Origin: the human T2T-CHM13v2.0 reference genome, Homo sapiens
Direction: 5' to 3' (one strand)
NCBI RefSeq assembly: GCF_009914755.1
Contig: NC_060944.1
Length of the DNA stretch: 64,000 nucleotides
A program made the translations under genes and the position numbers. Shown here in pieces: positions 26,401 through 41,400 of the stretch (within the stretch, counting starts at the first letter, position 1; each line of letters starts with the position of its first letter). A model generated the notes under the pieces. That model worked only from the letters and a program-made list of their open reading frames with translations. It was not told where the DNA came from and did not search any database.

Positions 26401-29400
26401 CAGATAAACTCTAGACAGAAGCATTCTCAGAAACTTCTTTGGGATGTTTCAATTGAAGTCACAGTGTTGAACATTCCCTTTCACAGAGCAGGTTTGAAAC
26501 ACTCTTTTTGTAGTGTCTATAAGTGAACATTTGGCGTGCTTTCAGGCCTAACGTGAAAAAGGAAATATCTTCCCATAAAAACTAGACAGAAGCATTCTCA
26601 GAAACTTGTTCTTGATGTGTCCCCTCTACTGACAGAGTTGAACCTTTCTTTGCAAAGAGCAGCTTTGAAACACTCTTTTTGTAGAATCTGCAAGAGGATA
26701 TTTGGATAGCTTGGAGGATTTCGTTGGAAACGGGTATGTCTTCAGATAAACTCTAGACAGAAGCATTCTCAGAAACTTCTTTGGGATGTTGCATTCAAGT
26801 CACAGAGTAGAACATTCCCATTCATAGAGCAGATTTGAAACACTCTTTTTGTAGTATCTGGAAGTGGACATTTGGAGCGCTTTCAGGCCTATGTTGAAAA
26901 AGGAAATATCTTCCCATAAAAACTAGACGGAAGCATTCTCAGAAACTTATTTGTGATGTGTTTGCTCAACTAACAGGATTGAACCATCGTTTTGAAGGAG
27001 CAGTTTTGAAACACTGTTTTCGTGGAATCTGCAAGTGGATATTTGGCTAGCTTTGAGGATTTCGTTGGAAACGGGATTACATATAAAAAGGAGACAGCAG
27101 CATTCTCAGAAACTTCTTTGTGATGTCTGCATTCAATTCACAGAGTTGAGCATTCCCTTTCATAGAGCAGGTTGGAAACACTCTTTTTGTAGTATCTGGA
27201 TGAGGACATTTGGAGCGCTTTCAGGCGTATGGTGAAAAAGGAAATATCTTCCCGTAAAAACTAGACAGAAGCATTCTCAGAAGTTTATTTGTGATGTGTG
27301 CCCTCAACTAACAGAGTTGAACCTTTCTTTTGATAGAGCAGTTTTGAAACACTCTTTTTGTAAAATCTGCAAGAGGATATTTGGATAGCTTTGAGGATTT
27401 CGTTGCAAACGGGAATGGCTTCATATAAACTCTAGACAGAAGCATTCTCAGAAACTTCGTTGGGATGTTTCGATTGAAGTCCCAGTGTTGAACATTCCCT
27501 TTTATAGAGCAGGTTGGAAACACTCTTTCTGCATTCCCTGGAAGTGGACATTTGGAGCGCTTTCAGGACGACGGTGAAAATGGAAATATCTTCCAAGAAA
27601 ATCTAGATAGAAGCAACGTCAGAAACTTTTATGTGATGGATCTACTCAGCTAACAGAGTTGAACCTTTCTTTTGAGAGAGCAGTTTTGCAACACTCTTTT
27701 TGTGGAATATGCAAGTGGATATTAGGGCAGCTTTGAGGATTTCGTTGGAAACGGGAATACATGTAAAAAGCAGACAGCAGCATTCTCAGAAACTTCTTTG
27801 TGATGTTTGCATTGAAGTCACAGAGTTGAACATTCCCTTTGAGAGAGCAGGTTTGAAACACGCCTTTTGTCATATCTGGAAGTGTCCATTCGGAGCGCAT
27901 TCAGGCTTGTGTTGAAAAAGGAAATATCCTCCCATAAAAACTAGACAGAAGCATTCTCAGAAACTTATCTGTGATGTATGTACTCAACTAACAGAACTAA
28001 ACCATCGTTTTGAAGGAGCAGTTTTGAAACACTCTTTTTGCGGAATCTGCAAGTGGATATTTGGCTAGCTGGGAGGATTTCGTTGGAAACGGGAGTACAT
28101 ACAAAAAGCAGAGAGCAGCATTCTCAGAAACTTCTTTGTGATGTTTGCATTCAAGTCACAGAGTTGAACATTCCCTTTCATAGAGCAGGTTTGAAACACT
28201 CTTTTTGTAGTATCTGGATGTGGACATTTGGATCGCTTTCAGGCCTATGGTGAAAAAGGAAATATCTTCCCATGAAAACTAGACAGAAGCATTCTCAGAA
28301 ACTTATTTGTGATGTGTGCCCTCAACTGACAGTGTTGAACCTTTGTTTTGATAGAGCAGTTCTGAAACACACTTTTTGTAAAATCTGCAAGAGGATATTT
28401 GGATAGCTTTGAGGATTTCGTTGGAAACGGGAATGTCTTCATGTAAACTCTAGACAGAAGCATTCTCAGAAACTGCTTTGGGATGTTTCAATTGAAGTCC
28501 CAGTGTTGAACATTCCCTTTCATAGAGCAGGTTTGAAACACTCTTTTTGTACTATCTGGAAGTGGACATTTGGAGCGCTTTCAGGTCTACGGTGAAAAAG
28601 GAGATATCTTCCAATAAAAACTAGATAGAAGCAATGTCAGAACTTTTTTCATGATGTATCTACTCAGCAAACAGAGTTGAACCTTTCTTTTGAGAGAGCA
28701 GTTTTGAAACACTCTTTTTGTGGAATATGCAAGTGGGTATTAGGCCAGCTTGGAGGATTTCGTTGGAAACGGGAATACGTATAAAAAGCAGACAGCAGCA
28801 TTGTCAGAAACTACTTTGTGATGTTTGCATTCAAGTCACAGAATTGAACACTCCCTTTCACAGAGCAGGTTTGAAACACTCTTTTTGTAGTGTCTGTAAG
28901 TGAACATTTGGATTGCTTTCAGGCCTAAGGTGAAAAAGGAAATATCTTCCCATAAAAACTAGACAGAAGCATTCTCAGAAACTTGTTTGTGATGTGTGCC
29001 CTCTACTGACAGAGTTGAACCTTTCTTTGCAAAGAGCAGTTTTGAAACACTCTTTTTGTAGAATCTGCAAGAGGATATTTGGATAGCTTTGAGGATTTCT
29101 TGGGAAACGGGAATGTCTTCAGATAAACTCTAGACAGAAGCATTCTCAGAAACTTCTTTGGGATGTTTCAATTGAAGTCACAGTGTTGAACATTCCCTTT
29201 CACAGAGCAGGTTTGAAACACTCTTTTTGTAGTGTCTATAAGTGAACATTTGGCGTGCTTTCAGGCCTAACGTGAAAAAGGAAATATCTTCCCATAAAAA
29301 CTAGACAGAAGCATTCTCAGAAACTTGTTCTTGATGTGTCCCCTCTACTGACAGAGTTGAACCTTTCTTTGCAAAGAGCAGCTTTGAAACACTCTTTTTG

Positions 29401-32400
29401 TAGAATCTGCAAGAGGATATTTGGATAGCTTGGAGGATTTCGTTGGAAACGGGTATGTCTTCAGATAAACTCTAGACAGAAGCATTCTCAGAAACTTCTT
29501 TGGGATGTTGCATTCAAGTCACAGAGTAGAACATTCCCATTCATAGAGCAGATTTGAAACACTCTTTTTGTAGTATCTGGAAGTGGACATTTGGAGCGCT
29601 TTCAGGCCTATGTTGAAAAAGGAAATATCTTCCCATAAAAACTAGACGGAAGCATTCTCAGAAACTTATTTGTGATGTGTTTGCTCAACTAACAGGATTG
29701 AACCATCGTTTTGAAGGAGCAGTTTTGAAACACTGTTTTCGTGGAATCTGCAAGTGGATATTTGGCTAGCTTTGAGGATTTCGTTGGAAACGGGATTACA
29801 TATAAAAAGGAGACAGCAGCATTCTCAGAAACTTCTTTGTGATGTCTGCATTCAATTCACAGAGTTGAGCATTCCCTTTCATAGAGCAGGTTGGAAACAC
29901 TCTTTTTGTAGTATCTGGATGAGGACATTTGGAGCGCTTTCAGGCGTATGGTGAAAAAGGAAATATCTTCCCGTAAAAACTAGACAGAAGCATTCTCAGA
30001 AGTTTATTTGTGATGTGTGCCCTCAACTAACAGAGTTGAACCTTTCTTTTGATAGAGCAGTTTTGAAACACTCTTTTTGTAAAATCTGCAAGAGGATATT
30101 TGGATAGCTTTGAGGATTTCGTTGCAAACGGGAATGGCTTCATATAAACTCTAGACAGAAGCATTCTCAGAAACTTCGTTGGGATGTTTCGATTGAAGTC
30201 CCAGTGTTGAACATTCCCTTTTATAGAGCAGGTTGGAAACACTCTTTCTGCATTCCCTGGAAGTGGACATTTGGAGCGCTTTCAGGACGACGGTGAAAAT
30301 GGAAATATCTTCCAAGAAAATCTAGATAGAAGCAACGTCAGAAACTTTTATGTGATGGATCTACTCAGCTAACAGAGTTGAACCTTTCTTTTGAGAGAGC
30401 AGTTTTGCAACACTCTTTTTGTGGAATATGCAAGTGGATATTAGGGCAGCTTTGAGGATTTCGTTGGAAACGGGAATACATGTAAAAAGCAGACAGCAGC
30501 ATTCTCAGAAACTTCTTTGTGATGTTTGCATTGAAGTCACAGAGTTGAACATTCCCTTTGAGAGAGCAGGTTTGAAACACGCCTTTTGTCATATCTGGAA
30601 GTGTCCATTCGGAGCGCATTCAGGCTTGTGTTGAAAAAGGAAATATCCTCCCATAAAAACTAGACAGAAGCATTCTCAGAAACTTATCTGTGATGTATGT
30701 ACTCAACTAACAGAACTAAACCATCGTTTTGAAGGAGCAGTTTTGAAACACTCTTTTTGCGGAATCTGCAAGTGGATATTTGGCTAGCTGGGAGGATTTC
30801 GTTGGAAACGGGAGTACATACAAAAAGCAGAGAGCAGCATTCTCAGAAACTTCTTTGTGATGTTTGCATTCAAGTCACAGAGTTGAACATTCCCTTTCAT
30901 AGAGCAGGTTTGAAACACTCTTTTTGTAGTATCTGGATGTGGACATTTGGATCGCTTTCAGGCCTATGGTGAAAAAGGAAATATCTTCCCATGAAAACTA
31001 GACAGAAGCATTCTCAGAAACTTATTTGTGATGTGTGCCCTCAACTGACAGTGTTGAACCTTTGTTTTGATAGAGCAGTTCTGAAACACACTTTTTGTAA
31101 AATCTGCAAGAGGATATTTGGATAGCTTTGAGGATTTCGTTGGAAACGGGAATGTCTTCATGTAAACTCTGGACAGAAGCATTCTCAGAAACTGCTTTGG
31201 GATGTTTCAATTGAAGTCCCAGTGTTGAACATTCCCTTTCATAGAGCAGGTTTGAAACACTCTTTTTGTACTATCTGGAAGTGGACATTTGGAGCGCTTT
31301 CAGGTCTACGGTGAAAAAGGAGATATCTTCCAATAAAAACTAGATAGAAGCAATGTCAGAACTTTTTTCATGATGTATCTACTCAGCAAACAGAGTTGAA
31401 CCTTTCTTTTGAGAGAGCAGTTTTGAAACACTCTTTTTGTGGAATATGCAAGTGGGTATTAGGCCAGCTTGGAGGATTTTGTTGGAAACGGGAATACGTA
31501 TAAAAAGCAGACAGCAGCATTGTCAGAAACTACTTTGTGATGTTTGCATTCAAGTCACAGAATTGAACACTCCCTTTCACAGAGCAGGTTTGAAACACTC
31601 TTTTTGTAGTGTCTGTAAGTGAACATTTGGATTGCTTTCAGGCCTAAGGTGAAAAAGGAAATATCTTCCCATAAAAACTAGACAGAAGCATTCTCAGAAA
31701 CTTGTTTGTGATGTGTGCCCTCTACTGACAGAGTTGAACCTTTCTTTGCAAAGAGCAGTTTTGAAACACTCTTTTTGTAGAATCTGCAAGAGGATATTTG
31801 GATAGCTTTGAGGATTTCTTGGGAAACGGGAATGTCTTCAGATAAACTCTAGACAGAAGCATTCTCAGAAACTTCTTTGGGATGTTTCAATTGAAGTCAC
31901 AGTGTTGAACATTCCCTTTCACAGAGCAGGTTTGAAACACTCTTTTTGTAGTGTCTATAAGTGAACATTTGGCGTGCTTTCAGGCCTAACGTGAAAAAGG
32001 AAATATCTTCCCATAAAAACTAGACAGAAGCATTCTCAGAAACTTGTTCTTGATGTGTCCCCTCTACTGACAGAGTTGAACCTTTCTTTGCAAAGAGCAG
32101 CTTTGAAACACTCTTTTTGTAGAATCTGCAAGAGGATATTTGGATAGCTTGGAGGATTTCGTTGGAAACGGGTATGTCTTCAGATAAACTCTAGACAGAA
32201 GCATTCTCAGAAACTTCTTTGGGATGTTGCATTCAAGTCACAGAGTAGAACATTCCCATTCATAGAGCAGATTTGAAACACTCTTTTTGTAGTATCTGGA
32301 AGTGGACATTTGGAGCGCTTTCAGGCCTATGTTGAAAAAGGAAATATCTTCCCATAAAAACTAGACGGAAGCATTCTCAGAAACTTATTTGTGATGTGTT

Positions 32401-35400
32401 TGCTCAACTAACAGGATTGAACCATCGTTTTGAAGGAGCAGTTTTGAAACACTGTTTTCGTGGAATCTGCAAGTGGATATTTGGCTAGCTTTGAGGATTT
32501 CGTTGGAAACGGGATTACATATAAAAAGGAGACAGCAGCATTCTCAGAAACTTCTTTGTGATGTCTGCATTCAATTCACAGAGTTGAGCATTCCCTTTCA
32601 TAGAGCAGGTTGGAAACACTCTTTTTGTAGTATCTGGATGAGGACATTTGGAGCGCTTTCAGGCGTATGGTGAAAAAGGAAATATCTTCCCGTAAAAACT
32701 AGACAGAAGCATTCTCAGAAGTTTATTTGTGATGTGTGCCCTCAACTAACAGAGTTGAACCTTTCTTTTGATAGAGCAGTTTTGAAACACTCTTTTTGTA
32801 AAATCTGCAAGAGGATATTTGGATAGCTTTGAGGATTTCGTTGCAAACGGGAATGGCTTCATATAAACTCTAGACAGAAGCATTCTCAGAAACTTCGTTG
32901 GGATGTTTCGATTGAAGTCCCAGTGTTGAACATTCCCTTTTATAGAGCAGGTTGGAAACACTCTTTCTGCATTCCCTGGAAGTGGACATTTGGAGCGCTT
33001 TCAGGACGACGGTGAAAATGGAAATATCTTCCAAGAAAATCTAGATAGAAGCAACGTCAGAAACTTTTATGTGATGGATCTACTCAGCTAACAGAGTTGA
33101 ACCTTTCTTTTGAGAGAGCAGTTTTGCAACACTCTTTTTGTGGAATATGCAAGTGGATATTAGGGCAGCTTTGAGGATTTCGTTGGAAACGGGAATACAT
33201 GTAAAAAGCAGACAGCAGCATTCTCAGAAACTTCTTTATGATGTTTGCATTGAAGTCACAGAGTTGAACATTCCCTTTGAGAGAGCAGGTTTGAAACACG
33301 CCTTTTGTCATATCTGGAAGTGTCCATTCGGAGCGCATTCAGGCTTGTGTTGAAAAAGGAAATATCCTCCCATAAAAACTAGACAGAAGCATTCTCAGAA
33401 ACTTATCTGTGATGTATGTACTCAACTAACAGAACTAAACCATCGTTTTGAAGGAGCAGTTTTGAAACACTCTTTTTGCGGAATCTGCAAGTGGATATTT
33501 GGCTAGCTGGGAGGATTTCGTTGGAAACGGGATTACATACAAAAAGCAGACAGCAGCATTCTCAGAAACTTCTTTGTGATGTTTGCATTCAAGTCACAGA
33601 GTTGAACATTCCCTTTCATAGAGCAGGTTTGAAACACTCTTTTTGTAGTATCTGGATGTGGACATTTGGATCGCTTTCAGGCCTATGGTGAAAAAGGAAA
33701 TATCTTCCCATGAAAACTAGACAGAAGCATTCTCAGAAACTTATTTGTGATGTGTGCCCTCAACTGACAGTGTTGAACCTTTGTTTTGATAGAGCAGTTC
33801 TGAAACACACTTTTTGTAAAATCTGCAAGAGGATATTTGGATAGCTTTGAGGATTTCGTTGGAAACGGGAATGTCTTCATGTAAACTCTAGACAGAAGCA
33901 TTCTCAGAAACTGCTTTGGGATGTTTCAATTGAAGTCCCAGTGTTGAACATTCCCTTTCATAGAGCAGGTTTGAAACACTCTTTTTGTACTATCTGGAAG
34001 TGGACATTTGGAGCGCTTTCAGGTCTACGGTGAAAAAGGAGATATCTTCCAATAAAAACTAGATAGAAGCAATGTCAGAACTTTTTTCATGATGTATCTA
34101 CTCAGCAAACAGAGTTGAACCTTTCTTTTGAGAGAGCAGTTTTGAAACACTCTTTTTGTGGAATATGCAAGTGGGTATTAGGCCAGCTTGGAGGATTTCG
34201 TTGGAAACGGGAATACGTATAAAAAGCAGACAGCAGCATTGTCAGAAACTACTTTGTGATGTTTGCATTCAAGTCACAGAATTGAACACTCCCTTTCACA
34301 GAGCAGGTTTGAAACACTCTTTTTGTAGTGTCTGTAAGTGAACATTTGGATTGCTTTCAGGCCTAAGGTGAAAAAGGAAATATCTTCCCATAAAAACTAG
34401 ACAGAAGCATTCTCAGAAACTTGTTTGTGATGTGTGCCCTCTACTGACAGAGTTGAACCTTTCTTTGCAAAGAGCAGTTTTGAAACACTCTTTTTGTAGA
34501 ATCTGCAAGAGGATATTTGGATAGCTTTGAGGATTTCTTGGGAAACGGGAATGTCTTCAGATAAACTCTAGACAGAAGCATTCTCAGAAACTTCTTTGGG
34601 ATGTTTCAATTGAAGTCACAGTGTTGAACATTCCCTTTCACAGAGCAGGTTTGAAACACTCTTTTTGTAGTGTCTATAAGTGAACATTTGGCGTGCTTTC
34701 AGGCCTAACGTGAAAAAGGAAATATCTTCCCATAAAAACTAGACAGAAGCATTCTCAGAAACTTGTTCTTGATGTGTCCCCTCTACTGACAGAGTTGAAC
34801 CTTTCTTTGCAAAGAGCAGCTTTGAAACACTCTTTTTGTAGAATCTGCAAGAGGATATTTGGATAGCTTGGAGGATTTCGTTGGAAACGGGTATGTCTTC
34901 AGATAAACTCTAGACAGAAGCATTCTCAGAAACTTCTTTGGGATGTTGCATTCAAGTCACAGAGTAGAACATTCCCATTCATAGAGCAGATTTGAAACAC
35001 TCTTTTTGTAGTATCTGGAAGTGGACATTTGGAGCGCTTTCAGGCCTATGTTGAAAAAGGAAATATCTTCCCATAAAAACTAGACGGAAGCATTCTCAGA
35101 AACTTATTTGTGATGTGTTTGCTCAACTAACAGGATTGAACCATCGTTTTGAAGGAGCAGTTTTGAAACACTGTTTTCGTGGAATCTGCAAGTGGATATT
35201 TGGCTAGCTTTGAGGATTTCGTTGGAAACGGGATTACATATAAAAAGGAGACAGCAGCATTCTCAGAAACTTCTTTGTGATGTCTGCATTCAATTCACAG
35301 AGTTGAGCATTCCCTTTCATAGAGCAGGTTGGAAACACTCTTTTTGTAGTATCTGGATGAGGACATTTGGAGCGCTTTCAGGCGTATGGTGAAAAAGGAA

Positions 35401-38400
35401 ATATCTTCCCGTAAAAACTAGACAGAAGCATTCTCAGAAGTTTATTTGTGATGTGTGCCCTCAACTAACAGAGTTGAACCTTTCTTTTGATAGAGCAGTT
35501 TTGAAACACTCTTTTTGTAAAATCTGCAAGAGGATATTTGGATAGCTTTGAGGATTTCGTTGCAAACGGGAATGGCTTCATATAAACTCTAGACAGAAGC
35601 ATTCTCAGAAACTTCGTTGGGATGTTTCGATTGAAGTCCCAGTGTTGAACATTCCCTTTTATAGAGCAGGTTGGAAACACTCTTTCTGCATTCCCTGGAA
35701 GTGGACATTTGGAGCGCTTTCAGGACGACGGTGAAAATGGAAATATCTTCCAAGAAAATCTAGATAGAAGCAACGTCAGAAACTTTTATGTGATGGATCT
35801 ACTCAGCTAACAGAGTTGAACCTTTCTTTTGAGAGAGCAGTTTTGCAACACTCTTTTTGTGGAATATGCAAGTGGATATTAGGGCAGCTTTGAGGATTTC
35901 GTTGGAAACGGGAATACATGTAAAAAGCAGACAGCAGCATTCTCAGAAACTTCTTTGTGATGTTTGCATTGAAGTCACAGAGTTGAACATTCCCTTTGAG
36001 AGAGCAGGTTTGAAACACGCCTTTTGTCATATCTGGAAGTGTCCATTCGGAGCGCATTCAGGCTTGTGTTGAAAAAGGAAATATCCTCCCATAAAAACTA
36101 GACAGAAGCATTCTCAGAAACTTATCTGTGATGTATGTACTCAACTAACAGAACTAAACCATCGTTTTGAAGGAGCAGTTTTGAAACACTCTTTTTGCGG
36201 AATCTGCAAGTGGATATTTGGCTAGCTAGGAGGATTTCGTTGGAAACGGGATTACATACAAAAAGCAGACAGCAGCATTCTCAGAAACTTCTTTGTGATG
36301 TTTGCATTCAAGTCACAGAGTTGAACATTCCCTTTCATAGAGCAGGTTTGAAACACTCTTTTTGTAGTATCTGGATGTGGACATTTGGATCGCTATCAGG
36401 CCTATGGTGAAAACGGAAATATCTTCCCATGAAAACTAGACAGAAGCATTCTCAGAAACTTATTTGTGATGTGTGCCCTCAACTGACAGTGTTGAACCTT
36501 TGTTTTGATAGAGCAGTTCTGAAACACACTTTTTGTAAAATCTGCAAGAGGATATTTGGATAGCTTTGAGGATTTCGTTGGAAACGGGAATGTCTTCATG
36601 TAAACTCTAGACAGAAGCATTCTCAGAAACTGCTTTGGGATGTTTCAATTGAAGTCCCAGTGTTGAACATTCCCTTTCATAGAGCAGGTTTGAAACACTC
36701 TTTTTGTACTATCTGGAAGTGGACATTTGGAGCGCTTTCAGGTCTACGGTGAAAAAGGAGATATCTTCCAATAAAAACTAGATAGAAGCAATGTCAGAAC
36801 TTTTTTCATGATATATCTACTCAGCAAACAGAGTTGAACCTTTCTTTTGAGAGAGCAGTTTTGAAACACTCTTTTTGTGGAATATGCAAGTGGGTATTAG
36901 GCCAGCTTGGAGGATTTCGTTGGAAACGGGAATACGTATAAAAAGCAGACAGCAGCATTGTCAGAAACTACTTTGTGATGTTTGCATTCAAGTCACAGAA
37001 TTGAACACTCCCTTTCACAGAGCAGGTTTGAAACACTCTTTTTGTAGTGTCTGTAAGTGAACATTTGGATTGCTTTCAGGCCTAAGGTGAAAAAGGAAAT
37101 ATCTTCCCATAAAAACTAGACAGAAGCATTCTCAGAAACTTGTTTGTGATGTGTGCCCTCTACTGACAGAGTTGAACCTTTCTTTGCAAAGAGCAGTTTT
37201 GAAACACTCTTTTTGTAGAATCTGCAAGAGGATATTTGGATAGCTTTGAGGATTTCCTGGGAAACGGGAATGTCTTCAGATAAACTCTAGACAGAAGCAT
37301 TCTCAGAAACTTCTTTGGGATGTTTCAATTGAAGTCACAGTGTTGAACATTCCCTTTCACAGAGCAGGTTTGGAACACTCTTTTTGTAGTGTCTATAAGT
37401 GAACATTTGACGTGCTTTCAGGCCTAACGTGAAAAAGGAAATATCTTCCCATAAAAACTAGACAGAAGCATTCTCAGAAACTTGTTCTTGATGTGTCCCC
37501 TCTACTGACAGAGTTGAACCTTTCTTTGCAAAGAGCAGCTTTGAAACACTCTTTTTGTAGAATCTGCAAGAGGATATTTGGATAGCTTGGAGGATTTCGT
37601 TGGAAACGGGTATGTCTTCAGATAAACTCTAGACAGAAGCATTCTCAGAAACTTCTTTGGGATGTTGCATTCAAGTCACAGAGTAGAACATTCCCATTCA
37701 TAGAGCAGATTTGAAACACTCTTTTTGTAGTATCTGGAAGTGGACATTTGGAGCGCTTTCAGGCCTATGTTGAAAAAGGAAATATCTTCCCATAAAAACT
37801 AGACGGAAGCATTCTCAGAAACTTATTTGTGATGTGTTTGCTCAACTAACAGGATTGAACCATCGTTTTGAAGGAGCAGTTTTGAAACACTGTTTTCGTG
37901 GAATCTGCAAGTGGATATTTGGCTAGCTTTGAGGATTTCGTTGGAAACGGGATTTCATATAAAAAGGAGACAGCAGCATTCTCAGAAACTTCTTTGTGAT
38001 GTCTGCATTCAATTCACAGAGTTGAGCATTCCCTTTCATAGAGCAGGTTGGAAACACTCTTTTTGTAGTATCTGGATGAGGACATTTGGAGCGCTTTCAG
38101 GCGTATGGTGAAAAAGGAAATATCTTCCCGTAAAAACTAGACAGAAGCATTCTCAGAAGTTTATTTGTGATGTGTGCCCTCAACTAACAGAGTTGAACCT
38201 TTCTTTTGATAGAGCAGTTTTGAAACACTCTTTTTGTAAAATCTGCAAGAGGATATTTGGATAGCTTTGAGGATTTCGTTGCAAACGGGAATGGTTTCAT
38301 ATAAACTCTAGACAGAAGCATTCTCAGAAACTTCGTTGGGATGTTTCGATTGAAGTCCCAGTGTTGAACATTCCCTTTTATAGAGCAGGTTGGAAACACT

Positions 38401-41400
38401 CTTTCTGCATTCCCTGGAAGTGGACATTTGGAGCGCTTTCAGGACGACGGTGAAAATGGAAATATCTTCCAAGAAAATCTAGATAGAAGCAACGTCAGAA
38501 ACTTTTATGTGATGGATCTACTCAGCTAACAGAGTTGAACCTTTCTTTTGAGAGAGCAGTTTTGCAACACTCTTTTTGTGGAATATGCAAGTGGATATTA
38601 GGGCAGCTTTGAGGATTTCGTTGGAAACGGGAATACATGTAAAAAGCAGACAGCAGCATTCTCAGAAACTTCTTTGTGATGTTTGCATTGAAGTCACAGA
38701 GTTGAACATTCCCTTTGAGAGAGCAGGTTTGAAACACGCCTTTTGTCATATCTGGAAGTGTCCATTCGGAGCGCATTCAGGCTTGTGTTGAAAAAGGAAA
38801 TATCCTCCCATAAAAACTAGACAGAAGCATTCTCAGAAACTTATCTGTGATGTATGTACTCAACTAACAGAACTAAACCATCGTTTTGAAGGAGCAGTTT
38901 TGAAACACTCTTTTTGCGGAATCTGCAAGTGGATATTTGGCTAGCTGGGAGGATTTCGTTGGAAACGGGAGTACATACAAAAAGCAGAGAGCAGCATTCT
39001 CAGAAACTTCTTTGTGATGTTTGCATTCAAGTCACAGAGTTGAACATTCCCTTTCATAGAGCAGGTTTGAAACACTCTTTTTGTAGTATCTGGATGTGGA
39101 CATTTGGATCGCTTTCAGGCCTATGGTGAAAAAGGAAATATCTTCCCATGAAAACTAGACAGAAGCATTCTCAGAAACTTATTTGTGATGTGTGCCCTCA
39201 ACTGACAGTGTTGAACCTTTGTTTTGATAGAGCAGTTCTGAAACACACTTTTTGTAAAATCTGCAAGAGGATATTTGGATAGCTTTGAGGATTTCGTTGG
39301 AAACGGGAATGTCTTCATGTAAACTCTGGACAGAAGCATTCTCAGAAACTGCTTTGGGATGTTTCAATTGAAGTCCCAGTGTTGAACATTCCCTTTCATA
39401 GAGCAGGTTTGAAACACTCTTTTTGTACTATCTGGAAGTGGACATTTGGAGCGCTTTCAGGTCTACGGTGAAAAAGGAGATATCTTCCAATAAAAACTAG
39501 ATAGAAGCAATGTCAGAACTTTTTTCATGATGTATCTACTCAGCAAACAGAGTTGAACCTTTCTTTTGAGAGAGCAGTTTTGAAACACTCTTTTTGTGGA
39601 ATATGCAAGTGGGTATTAGGCCAGCTTGGAGGATTTCGTTGGAAACGGGAATACGTATAAAAAGCAGACAGCAGCATTGTCAGAAACTACTTTGTGATGT
39701 TTGCATTCAAGTCACAGAATTGAACACTCCCTTTCACAGAGCAGGTTTGAAACACTCTTTTTGTAGTGTCTGTAAGTGAACATTTGGATTGCTTTCAGGC
39801 CTAAGGTGAAAAAGGAAATATCTTCCCATAAAAACTAGACAGAAGCATTCTCAGAAACTTGTTTGTGATGTGTGCCCTCTACTGACAGAGTTGAACCTTT
39901 CTTTGCAAAGAGCAGTTTTGAAACACTCTTTTTGTAGAATCTGCAAGAGGATATTTGGATAGCTTTGAGGATTTCTTGGGAAACGGGAATGTCTTCAGAT
40001 AAACTCTAGACAGAAGCATTCTCAGAAACTTCTTTGGGATGTTTCAATTGAAGTCACAGTGTTGAACATTCCCTTTCACAGAGCAGGTTTGAAACACTCT
40101 TTTTGTAGTGTCTATAAGTGAACATTTGGCGTGCTTTCAGGCCTAACGTGAAAAAGGAAATATCTTCCCATAAAAACTAGACAGAAGCATTCTCAGAAAC
40201 TTGTTCTTGATGTGTCCCCTCTACTGACAGAGTTGAACCTTTCTTTGCAAAGAGCAGCTTTGAAACACTCTTTTTGTAGAATCTGCAAGAGGATATTTGG
40301 ATAGCTTGGAGGATTTCGTTGGAAACGGGTATGTCTTCAGATAAACTCTAGACAGAAGCATTCTCAGAAACTTCTTTGGGATGTTGCATTCAAGTCACAG
40401 AGTAGAACATTCCCATTCATAGAGCAGATTTGAAACACTCTTTTTGTAGTATCTGGAAGTGGACATTTGGAGCGCTTTCAGGCCTATGTTGAAAAAGGAA
40501 ATATCTTCCCATAAAAACTAGACGGAAGCATTCTCAGAAACTTATTTGTGATGTGTTTGCTCAACTAACAGGATTGAACCATCGTTTTGAAGGAGCAGTT
40601 TTGAAACACTGTTTTCGTGGAATCTGCAAGTGGATATTTGGCTAGCTTTGAGGATTTCGTTGGAAACGGGATTACATATAAAAAGGAGACAGCAGCATTC
40701 TCAGAAACTTCTTTGTGATGTCTGCATTCAATTCACAGAGTTGAGCATTCCCTTTCATAGAGCAGGTTGGAAACACTCTTTTTGTAGTATCTGGATGAGG
40801 ACATTTGGAGCGCTTTCAGGCGTATGGTGAAAAAGGAAATATCTTCCCGTAAAAACTAGACAGAAGCATTCTCAGAAGTTTATTTGTGATGTGTGCCCTC
40901 AACTAACAGAGTTGAACCTTTCTTTTGATAGAGCAGTTTTGAAACACTCTTTTTGTAAAATCTGCAAGAGGATATTTGGATAGCTTTGAGGATTTCGTTG
41001 CAAACGGGAATGGCTTCATATAAACTCTAGACAGAAGCATTCTCAGAAACTTCGTTGGGATGTTTCGATTGAAGTCCCAGTGTTGAACATTCCCTTTTAT
41101 AGAGCAGGTTGGAAACACTCTTTCTGCATTCCCTGGAAGTGGACATTTGGAGCGCTTTCAGGACGACGGTGAAAATGGAAATATCTTCCAAGAAAATCTA
41201 GATAGAAGCAACGTCAGAAACTTTTATGTGATGGATCTACTCAGCTAACAGAGTTGAACCTTTCTTTTGAGAGAGCAGTTTTGCAACACTCTTTTTGTGG
41301 AATATGCAAGTGGATATTAGGGCAGCTTTGAGGATTTCGTTGGAAACGGGAATACATGTAAAAAGCAGACAGCAGCATTCTCAGAAACTTCTTTGTGATG

